DNA from: Balanoglossus misakiensis
Lineage: Eukaryota; Animalia; Hemichordata
Reading direction: 5' to 3'
DNA length: 64,000 nucleotides
Assembly (NCBI GenBank): GCA_040954595.2
Contig: CM082582.2
Location: forward strand, 11,027,483 to 11,091,482
Part shown: positions 53,301 to 64,000 of the stretch, piece by piece
Layout: the number at the start of each line of letters is the position of its first letter
Numbering within the stretch: the stretch's first letter is position 1
Notes under the pieces: model-generated
Database searches by the model: none
What the model was told of the DNA's origin: nothing
The model's input: only the letters and a program-made list of their open reading frames with translations
Translations under genes and position numbers: made by a program

Positions 53301-56300
53301 CCTTTCAATTCTTCAGTGTGAGGACACTTCAAAATCTCATGAAAAAAGCCAATAGGACTCTGCTGACAAAAGAAATTCTAGTGAATATGATGAATGTGAC
53401 AAGTCAGATATCCCAGTCTCTGTGGCATTACTTTGATTACACTTTACGCACCTACTGTGAGGGTCCCACCCATTGGTAAATCATACTGCAGCTCTTCGAT
53501 AAGTCTTCCATCTTTATATATTTTGGTCTCCCCACCACTGGTGAACCGCCATGTAAAACAGACATGATGCCAAAATCCATCATTGAGGGAGACGCGAAGG
53601 GGAAATTTCCGGGTACCAGTTGAAAACTGCAAAAAATCATAGAGATGTTGGTGAACCAATTATAATTATAGGACTTTTTACCAGTGGATGTTAAAATCCC
53701 ATTGTTTTATTGATCCAATAATTCATGTGCCATTTTCACCAAAACTTAGTAGTACATGAATACCCTAGTATTAAACACTTTCATTGAATTCAACATGGGA
53801 AGCCTAGATCAATGAGTTACAAATATTTGTTTGGTACATTTTAAAACAGTGAAGATAAATTTTAAAATATGCCTTGGTGAGAGTAGCTTACTGTCTATTC
53901 ACCTTGAGATTTGTGTAGTCGTAAAGAGCAACAACATCAGTATGGCGTTGATCAGGCAGAGTGTAGGAGAAAATGGTGCCTCGGTTATTCTGATCGTCTG
54001 TCTGCAGCCACAGACAGATTGACAGCTGGGTGACAAAGGCCAGGTCGCTGGCAGCCACTTCTATGAACTCAGCCACATCACCAGTAAAGACCAAATCAAA
54101 GTTCGTTGATTCACCTGAAAGTCAGAAAGTTGGGTTGTTGTTTTGGAGGTTTGTTTTGGGTTTATCAAGTTTCCCATTAAGCACCTGCTAACGACTTAAA
54201 GGTATACAGTCACCTCCAATTTACATACGCCCATATATGGCTGAAATGGCGTATTTGAGTGTTCTAAAGAACATATGGTAGCGCTCTTATTTTCGCGTGT
54301 GCCACCCACTGAAATTCTGTGATTGGCTAGATCTCCATTTGCCATGGCAACTGTAGCTAATTTTCCATAGGTGACCGTATACCTTTAATCTGTGTACCCT
54401 ATAAGAGGGATCAAATTGATAAAGTAAACAGCTGTGAACCAGTTATATACACACTGCAAGATTAGCATTAGTAGTGGTATACTTACGAGTTAAACAGTTC
54501 AGTCCTGTATAAGAGGGCTTACACTGGCATCGATAGCTGTTGACTTCATCGTGACACTGAATGAAATTTTGACAAGGGTTGCTGTCGCACTCGTTTATTT
54601 CACTACTGCATGTCACACCTGGACATAAAAAAATATATTTAAGCTATTAGTATCATGTGCTTGAAATGAATTCAATGGCCAGAATGGCGGACATTGCAAG
54701 GTGCGACTGTAAGATATACTAACCAATGAAACCTGGTCTGCACTGACACTCAAACTCATTCACTTGATCGATGCATGTGGCTCCATTCATGCATGGCTCT
54801 GACAGACACTCGTCAATATCATCGGAGCAGCTGGAACCTGGAGGAGGAGAACAACATATTACAACATAGTGTCATCAACTTTATTTATTATTTAATTTCT
54901 TAATATTTAAATGTACAGCCACAATTAGAGGTTGATAATACATGAGTATACCCACCAGTAAATTCTAGGTTCAAAAGTAAAATTATGAAAATAATCCCCA
55001 AATTGGCAGCTACTGGGGCTTTAAACAGACTTAACTGCAGATCACTGTATTTACCTGAGTATCCTGGATCGCAGTGACATTTCGCACCATCACAGGTTCC
55101 ATGATCACATCCCAGGCAGAACGTTAGTTCTTCGTCACAAAGGTCACCATAGCGATCGTCGGGACAGAGACACTCAAAGCCATTAACAAGGTCAACGCAT
55201 GATCCTGTGTGACACGGAGAGCTCTGGCACTCATCAATGTTCTCTTCGCAAAGATCACCTGGGGCAAGAAAATTAAAATCTCAAGTTTATTTTGACAAAT
55301 TTTGAAAAGTTTGGCAAAGAAAATAAAATGTGGATATACTAAGACTCAACCTGCAGCCAATACATGTACACCTAGGGAACTTACTGCAGATTTATAAACT
55401 AAATTTTAAAGCAGAGTGACCTCTTAGTCTAGTAGATTTTCGACCAAAAACACACTTAATTAAAAGTTTTACTGCATCTTCAAAATACAAAATAGCTAAT
55501 TTTGAAAATGTTGGTATGTTAAAACTGAAGTACACTGTAATTATCTTAGCTGGGAACTAGATTAGATTACTGCATTAGAGTTGGAAAACACGAAGCGCAT
55601 TCTTCATTTCTTTTGAAATACACCAGCCAAATTCCTGCCTTTGTTCATCAGCACTCAACCGAGAGATACATGTAAGCGTGACAGTATGGAATGAACTGCA
55701 ATCAACCGAGAATCAATCGTGTCTAACGGCATAATGGATGACTGGACCAGTGACTCTGACTCATCGGTGAAGCTACAAACAGGAAGGGGAGGGGGGGAGG
55801 GGGCGCACACTCACCTGAGAAACCAGGTGCACATGTACAGCGGTAGCCATTGGGCAGGTCGGTACAGGTGGCATCATTCATGCAGGGATCTGATTGGCAT
55901 TCGTCTATGTCAATTTCACAGTCGCCGCCAAGGAAACCCACAGCACAGATGCAGGTGTAGGAACCAATGCCATCCAGGCACGTGCCAGCGTTCTGACAGG
56001 GATTCGACTGGCAGTCATCCACAGCTGAAATTGAAATTCAGAATTTTGAGGCTTTTTATTAAAATCCATACTTGGAACCTCCATTTCAAAAATGTCTTGG
56101 GTTTCTCAGTCGACCAATAATTACTACAAGATCTTACGGCCTTCGAAATTAATTCAACTGATTTATCTTTACCGATGCAGTCTTCTTCCTGAGCTGTTCC
56201 CGATGCAAGGGTCTCCCTGCCACCAGGACACGCCATGCAATCCGTCTGGGCCACTTCCGGCTGGTAGTGATGTTGCCGGCATGGCTGACATGGAGAAAGA

Positions 56301-59300
56301 CCATTTCCAGAGTATGTGCCGGGTAGGCACAGAGCTACATGTAAAAAAAGAAAAGCAAACAAAAAATGGCATTTTATAAATTAGGTCACTACACGTACAC
56401 CCCTTCTTTATCCATTTTACATTCATGCATACACGTACAATGTATGCGTATACGTACCGATGCAATCTGACCGACTTGTGGCTCCTTCCACTGTAGTCGT
56501 TGTGAGATGAGGGCATTTCTGGCACGAAGTTGCCCCGCCCGCATCCTGGTAATGTCCAATGCTGCAAGGACGACATGGCTCAAGTCCAGACTCGGACCAC
56601 TGACCAGTTGTACACCAATCTGTTTGGATTAAAGAAAAATTTAATTTCTTTATTTTGACATTTATATGAGATGTGTTTTCCATAAGGCTGTGAGTTAATT
56701 ACTTCCCCACATTGAAGATCCTTCACACTTCCACTCATCTGTTGCAGCTAGTTGTAGCTTAATTTACACATTGAATTTGAAAGCTAACCTTTGCAATCCT
56801 CCTCATTTTTTGATCCGGCCATAACGGTGGTTTTGCCATTTGGACATGGAATGCACTCTGTCTGTCTTTCCTGGTCTTGGTAGGACCCTACCTCACACAC
56901 AGCACAGATGCTCTTGTTCTGCCAGAAGGATCCCTTAGGACAGTCAACTGTATTACAAAAGATCAAACATACAAAAATAAGGCAATTACAATATCCTCTT
57001 TGATGATTTATCCGTCTAGCAGGGGGACTACATGTACCGTATATAAAGTAGCTGGTTGGACAAGTGGGATTACAAGTTACTTGCAATCAGACTAATTGAT
57101 ACATGTCCAAGATGAAAAAAACATGTCCACAAATGTAAAGATGGAGCCTAGTACTCTACATTTGATTTTAATCAGATTGTTACAAAAGTTGGTGTCCTCA
57201 AATTTATCACCAGGTGACCTTATTTAGACAGGTTGGTCAGGACATATGATATGTAAAAAATGCATGGATGTCTGGGTGCTTTTTCCTTAGTGCGCAAGAG
57301 ATGTGAATCAAAGTACATAAATACAAACTTACTACACTCTGCAGAGGATACATCATACAGTCTCTCAATCTGCCCTTCTTCACAGTTGGGAACCACACCA
57401 TCATAAACCAGATCGAAGCTGACCTGTGGGACCACATTGTTGTTGATGACCAGGTCAATCCCGCTATTCTGCACCGTTTCAAGTTCATAATAGACATCGA
57501 CACTCAGGTAATACAATTCAAACTGAACGTCCTCTGTTACATCCACACTATTCACAACAATGATGATGTCAAATGACACCCTTGTATTTTGAGACTGACT
57601 AGCCCTCCTTGATCTTGGTCCACCCCGCGAGTCGGCCAACCCATCACCCTCTTCAGCTGCCCTCAACTCCCGGATTATTGTTGGGAGATGCACGTCTCGA
57701 CGCTTCCTTCCGGGAGCAAAGTCGCCGCATTCAACTGTGACGTTCTCCACACTGCAGGAGAACGTCATATCGTTCCCACAAGTCACGTTGGACGGCCCGT
57801 ACTGATCGAGAAAGCTCTGTCTGATCTCATCTTTCGCATTTTCACAGTCGCCATAGTAATAGAAGGCATCGGACGACACCCTTGCTGTACCACTCAAATA
57901 TCTCTCTGGCAATGAAACAAAAGAGCAATATTGGAAGATACATGCAGCATACAACTAAATTCAATTGTCAACAGGGTCACGTCTAAAATGAGATATAAAA
58001 TAAATGACCACTCTCAAAAAAATTCAATAGACAGTGCACAATCACACGCAAAATGTTTGCTATGCTTACTTGAACAGTCGGGCCAAGGAAGGCACTGATC
58101 AACACCTTCACACGTCCAACGACCACTGTAATCGCACCTGTACGTATTCCCCTCAGCTGGCGTCCAGGCAAACTCGGACCCCGCATGGCAGTAAATTGTA
58201 CACACTTGTTGGTAACCAGCCAAGGGGGCAGCATTGCAAGACACAGAGCCATTCAAGGGAGCGGCAGGTCTTGAACACTCATAGGCTGAATTTAATAAAA
58301 AAGAAATCAAGCTACATTTATCGTAATTGCTTTTGGCATGGAACTGGAACACAGAATCGTTTAGTCATGAAATTTTCATAGATATCTGATGCTATACAAA
58401 CAGTGTGCAGGTCTACAATAAGTTAAACGCAGACATTAGCAGGATAAAATCCAGACAGTGTACAGATTTTAGTGCACATGTTCCGTGTAGTGTACGCGTG
58501 CGTGGCCTACCTTCCAAACGAACCGTGAATAGACAAGCAACTTCCGAATGGCCTGCTGGATAGCAGTGGATATTATGTTCCCCAATGGGAAAAAACATTC
58601 CAGGATATGCGCCACTAAGACACGTGATGTCGGCATCTGGAATGGTATGCCCGTGGCCATCTCCAAACACCGGATACGGCCAATCAACGTGTGCCCCGGA
58701 TGAATTTGAGGTCTTGTTGGTGAAATCATCCGGGCAAAATCGTATAATCGGTGTTCTCTCTGCAAAAAAATAAATGAATGAAGCAATAGAGATGTAAACT
58801 TTAATATCTAGATGCGTAAATTCAATTCCTCTCATTTAATGTTCTATATGTTTACTGTAGTTAAGGTGTCTTTAGCTAAATCACTGCTGATTGTACGGAA
58901 AGGCCGAATCGAAAGTAGCTTAGCTGATTCAAAGTATTTTAAATTATTATCTTTTATCAGACAAGGAGTGGTTTTAATTAACCTAATCTGGAATTACACA
59001 AATTTCCTTTCAATCTTCAAAAAAAAATGATAAAAAACAAAACTAGCCATAATTAACCCTTGCACTCCCGTTTGCCTGTATAGAGGTCTAGCACTGCCAT
59101 TGAGAACAATGGTTGTTGGACCAAACCATGGCGGTAAAAAGGTGAGATTGCTGCTAACCTTTGATGACCAGACTGAATGAGCACTGAGCTATGTATCCGG
59201 CGCCATCTTCTGCACGCCACGTGAAGTGGTGACTCCCTACGGGGAATTCATGCGGACTTTGATACGGCACCAGCGGGGTGACAGACACGACGTCCGAATT

Positions 59301-62300
59301 CTCAGTGACGTTCGGCTGATAGCGATCCCAATGTACGAGTCTTGTCGTTTTGTTGATCTCTACGTAATCTTCCATATCTGTAGGGCAGTCAATTTGCGGC
59401 GCTTGAATGTCTGGTGATAAAGGTTGAAGTGATAAATTAATTAATTAATTTATTACTCTCAATATACCATACAGAAAATGCTGACCATGATAGGCAACGG
59501 TGGATGTGGGTAGAAGTAAAAGCGATTGAGTCACATTTTTATTTTCATTTCATTGTAATGACCCATACAACTGAGCATTTAATTTTCTTCTGGTACAGAA
59601 ATATATTCAGCAGAGCTGGATTTCCCACTAAGCTTAGTTTCAGTTCTCTCTTCCAACTTTTCCAGCCCCCCCCCCCCCCTTCCGGAACCTCCCCTACAAT
59701 GTACATGGCTTTTAATTTAATGTTACCAAAAGTGCAGTACATTAATGGTAGTTTGACTGACTCTTGTCTACATACCTATACATATGGCGTAGTTCCCATG
59801 GTCTGTCCACTGGCTGGTACTTTGACACCTTTTCAAAAAATCCGGAGAAGTTCTGCCAAAGTCAAAGCCATCCTTACAAATGTACTGACACAGAGAGTTC
59901 ACCTCGTGACTCACCATGGTACAGTTTTTTGGGCTCACGGTGGCATACTGAATGGGAAGCAAGGGTGGGCATTGAACACCTAGGGTGGAAATGAACAGAA
60001 AGATTAAGTCATGAGAGTGTATGCTACAGTCAATACTTTTGGAAATGGTCATCCACTACATGTGCATGTATATTTGTCAGAAATCTGAAGCCTACACAGC
60101 ATATCCGTTTGTTGCATGACACTCCTTGGAAACTCTATGGGAACATGCCAACACGCCACACATGCTACATGTAAAGTAAAAAGGAAGGGAATTATACCTC
60201 TGCACTGGGCCGGTGTACCACTCCATATGCCCACGCCAGTACACTCTCTCTGCAAATCACCAAAACTTCTGTAACCAAGGTAGCAGGAGACAGAGACCCG
60301 GGTACCAATAGGGTATGTTGGACCATTCTGATCATATGTGACATCACCCCGAACTCCAACATCAGGAACTGAGTGGCATCTAATTTCTGTAAGAAAATTT
60401 CCACATCTCTCATTCTCTGTAAACCAAACAATATCCTCAGTTCCTTTGATGTCCAGTTCAGAGAATATCAGTGAATTATTACTGCTTGCAAATGTTAATT
60501 GACCAGGCCAATTCTTACCTTCACAACTGGGCAAGTCTCCATACCAATAGCCAGTTCCATCACTTAAAGGAAGGCAGGCAACTGCCCGGCTAGCCACCAG
60601 TCGGTAACCATAGTCACACTCATAGTGGCATGATGTATGCACAGTGTAGTTGCACTCATGGCCTGTGTTGGCAGTTTCAGACAGGACCACACCGTCTACT
60701 TGAAACCGCGTGGAGTTGGCTACAGGCGGCAGTGCATTGCAGGTTGTCACTGTTCAAAGAGAAACCACAAGAGAGAGTAAGTAGTCTACCTGGCATATGC
60801 TTACATGATGCCAATTACACTGTTTGCAAACTCGTCATTTCTGTTTGCAATCTATGAAGTGCTTGTAAGTAACCTTCAAGTTTGACACAATGGTGGTAAA
60901 TCAAATCTTCTGATTGGCAGATAATACAGAGATGTTGTTATGTTCATAGGAATTGGCAAAACAAGAAAACAGCCAGCCATGGCACATAACATTTGCAGAA
61001 GAAGCACTGTGTTTTCATGGTATTAACTAACATCATAGCCAGTCACATGCTAATTTCAGACGAGTATTTTGACCTGTGTATATAGTGTCGAATATAATCA
61101 GTTCCTGATTGTGATGTCAACTCACAGTGGGCCACTAGAACCATAAGTGGGAAGTGAAACTGAATGATTTCATTTTAATATTGCAATTTTTCATATCCCT
61201 ATTATATTCTGAAAGTTAATATTATGGGTAACGTTTCACTGATATTTATGTACTGATATTTGACTCCCTGGGCAGTTCACCAGGCCTTCATAAGGTTGTT
61301 TGCAACTGATCAGTTCAGTGATGAAGATATGTAACAACCCCCCCCCCCCCCCCCCCCCCGAAAGACCGAACAGCCAGACAAAACCCACAGCATTTGCATA
61401 TTCATGAGTGTTGTTTCTGTGGTACAAACTTTACAGCCAATCACATGCTGAGCCTGGGTATTAGTCTTTATACCAGTAATAATGCTGATTAATAAAAAAG
61501 GGATGTGTTGAACAATACTGAGCAATTTTGTGTGTGTTTTTTACAGAGTAGAACAATCACGGTTGATATCTAACACAAAAATACTGAGGGGAAATAACCC
61601 AGAGTTAGAGCCACGGTTACTGGAACTTTTACAAAACAAATTGTAAGATAACAGAATAGTTTGCAAGTGAAAGCACATACCTCTGCATCCACCACTGAAG
61701 TCATCTGTATATCCCAGAGGACACACACATTGGCTTATATTTGCAGCACCTGCAGAATTCGTAGTTTTTCCGTTGGGACATTCTACACAGGGATCTGGAG
61801 TCCTCTCTGATTTATACCTTCCAAGAGGGCACTCTAGAAATAAATGAAAGTGTCAAGATTTTTCAGTATAAAAAATAGTTAAAGCATAGACCCTAGAGAA
61901 AAGGGGTCTGCAGTTAATGGCTACAAACAAACCAGCCATACAAATAAAAGTTGTGAATGACCTTTCAACTTTCACCCCATGCACAACACTTCTCTCCGCG
62001 ACCTCCAATTCCAAACCATTGTCTGCCGGTCTGACGTTACGTTTGGCAAGTCAACCATGACATTCAACTTGTGTACACGGACTTGCCATTTGAATTCATC
62101 GTAGAAGAAAATTTTCTCTTTTATTTACCAATGCAGGACCAAGAAAATTTGGAAGACTTCATGTAAACGATGAAGGAACCTGGACACAATAATTGTGACG
62201 AAGTGGCCAGCCATAAAAAATGTACAGTCCTTTATTTGTTTAAGCCTCTTGAGTTGAAGTCACAAACTTTGATGACAAGGCCAGGTGAGGTCAACATTCT

Positions 62301-63755
62301 CGAAATAACTCTCCCATAGAAACACAGCAGATTTTCGGTATACAGCTTAAAAAGAACTAGTGTCCCAGTTGGACTTAGTATCATAGTCAGAACTCAGTCT
62401 AACCCTAAGACAACAGTTTGCCACCCTGTTCTAGCTTGCAACAGGGCATGTTATAGTCAATCTGAACTGGTCTGTGGACAAGTCAAGCTGTAATTTTTTT
62501 TTTCTGGTCTACGGTGAAAAATAAGTGGTACTGGACCTTGACCACCTGTTCAGTAAACAACAGGTCACACCATCGGAAGACATAAAAAAGAAATAAGTGT
62601 GTGTGATACATACATGAAGTTAAATATATTTTTGCCTAAATAAAAATGTCATACCTTCACATTTGGCTCCACTTCCCTGATAGCCAACGTCACATGCACA
62701 CTGATAAGCTCCTGTGACCAAACCACACAAACACACCGCTTGGCCACTACATGTTGATATGCACTTCTCTGTTTCGACCACTTCCCAGTTTTCTTCTTGC
62801 TCATCTGAAAAATGAATCAATAAAAACACTTACATGAAATGCCAAACCCACTTGCCTTCTAGGATTGTTGCACAGGCAAAAAAAGTTAAAAACATCATCA
62901 GAACAGTTACAGCTCCTGACTCACACTATAAATATAAAACCTATAAAACCTTAATTTTTGGCTTGCAGGTGAACTTCACTGTGTGCAAATGTAAACTTCA
63001 GATACATATAAATTAAGCTTTGATAGACTGTATACTTGTATATAAAATCACCCACCTGTATTCAAATTTACAGCAAAAAGTCTGAAGTTGTCAACTGATT
63101 CAAAACGTATGGCGTAGGTTTCATTGGATGCGATGGAACGTAGTTGCAACAGACTTGCATCACCCATTCCAACAGCAAAGATGTCCAACTGTGATGTCCA
63201 AGTGATGTTCCATAGTAACGACAGCAACTCTCGACTGGCGACCTCGGGATCCTCTCCGATGTCAGATATCCCGTCGGTGATCAAAACTATCTTTTTCTTG
63301 GCCTCGGGGCGGGAATTCAACAGAATGTCTCTGGCGGCCCGCTGGGCTTCGGTGGTTGCTGTAAACCCGTCCGCCGCCCGGGAAATTCGGTCGACGGTGG
63401 AGAACAACTGGCATTTGTCGAGGTTGTCTGGGACCAGATCGTTGGGGATGGAGTTGTAGTCCGTCACCACTGACGTGCTGTATGTAACTATGGCAACCCT
63501 TGTGCGCTCCTTGCCAATGTCGAATCCGGCCAACAGATTCTTGATGAAGGCGAAGACAGTGTCGATGGCACCGTGCACAAGCGACATACTTTCCGATCGA
63601 TCTACGATGAAAACGATGTCGACTTCTTCCGCTGGGGACACGAAAAAGTCGGTCTCCAGAGTTTCAAGGAACCGGTCTGGGTCGGAGCTCGTCACCAGCC
63701 GTGATCCGGAGAAAAAGAGGACCAGCGTCCAAACGAATATTCCTTGAAGATACAT
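49594..63755 (-). CDS. Gene E: SVEP1/polydom-like (VWA, GCC, sushi, HYR, EGF, pentraxin) transmembrane receptor (~2310 aa, 25 exons)
   Basis: Exons 63755-63056 (signal peptide + VWA, MIDAS DRSES/T/TDG), 62804-62655, 61833-61681, 60749-60519, 60386-60198, 59979-59776, 59410-59159, 58759-58511, 58285-58070, 57905-57333, 56947-56789, 56619-56458, 56334-56173, 56024-55815, 55258-55055, 54837-54724, 54618-54487, 54114-53903, 53626-53452, 53153-52905, 52751-51768, 51444-51288, 51101-50932, 50740-50579, 50357-49594. They sum to 6933 nt with consistent phases. Confidence 0.9.
51768..52751 (-). CDS. Gene E exon with 8 tandem Notch/fibropellin-type EGF repeats
   Basis: 984-nt phase 1-1 exon in ORF 51727..52827. 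Confidence 0.92.
52905..54114 (-). CDS. Gene E pentraxin/LamG-like domain (3 exons)
   Basis: [56 protein letters not shown]. Confidence 0.88.
54200..54384. mobile_element. MITE with TTAA target-site duplication (Kolobok-like non-autonomous DNA transposon)
   Basis: TTAA-AGGTATACAGTCACCT ... AGGTGACCGTATACCT-TTAA: a 16-bp TIR with 1 mismatch and TTAA on both sides. Confidence 0.8.
59053..59145. mobile_element. Degenerate short TTAA-CCC-type (piggyBac-like) MITE remnant
   Basis: Begins ttaacccttgcac and ends gcggtaaaaaggtga (decayed right end). A similar ttaacccctt...aaagggttat unit lies at about 24691-24764. Confidence 0.35.
63056..63755 (-). CDS. Gene E exon 1: signal peptide plus von Willebrand factor A domain
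   Basis: [38 protein letters not shown]; donor G|gtgggt. Confidence 0.92.
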
Positions 63756-64000
63756 CGGGATTGTCGCACAATAAATTTGCGCTCAGCAATTGAGGATGTT
63801 ATACTTGCTGTTGATACCAGGAAATAGAAGTGTCCATTACATTTAATAAGGAAGGGAATCCGGACAGTACCTGGACATATTGGACCGTGTCCATTGCGTC
63901 GTCAGTCTATCACTAGTATCAGGATCGGTCGGTCAACACACTTGTTGCTCTGACGGAAAAAACGATCACACAAACAGCCTTCTCCGTACTGAAATCGAGA

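Noticed and set aside
61337-61359. Poly-C/G runs (also near 11721, 15256, 17102, 59665) producing poly-Gly/Pro ORFs
   Set aside because: Intronic or UTR homopolymers, not coding.
37875-63755. Genes D and E as a single giant gene
   Set aside because: E has its own TM, stop codon (49594) and AT-rich 3' region with AATAAA signals, and D has its own signal-peptide exon.

Overview
This is eukaryotic (metazoan) genomic DNA with GT-AG spliced genes. The domain repertoire and compact introns suggest a marine invertebrate deuterostome, but that is an inference. I assembled five genes by hand, and exon phases and lengths are consistent in all five. On the + strand are two tandem CUB-LDLa-TM paralogues of MIG-13/CULD-like architecture: gene A (376-16049, 5' end outside the window) and gene B (about 20826-32741). 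On the - strand are three genes. Gene C (36594-35516) encodes a 195-aa secreted, Cys-containing protein of unknown family. Gene D (48110-37875) encodes a ~1577-aa type I receptor: 3 YWTD beta-propellers without LDLa repeats, then EGF, 2 HYR, CCP, a SEA-like domain, GCC and TM. Gene E (63755-49594) encodes a ~2310-aa membrane-anchored SVEP1/polydom-like receptor. The most interesting signal is the D/E pair. They share an HYR-HYR-CCP-cleavage domain-GCC cassette and carry related cytoplasmic tails with ITAM/ITIM-like tyrosine motifs, but have different N-terminal sensor modules, so they may be a shuffled pair of invertebrate immune or phagocytic signalling receptors. The window also contains small MITEs, micro- and minisatellites, a CpG-rich left half versus CpG-poor introns on the right, and apparent E-box enrichment around genes A and B. 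I found no tRNA, rRNA or CRISPR features.
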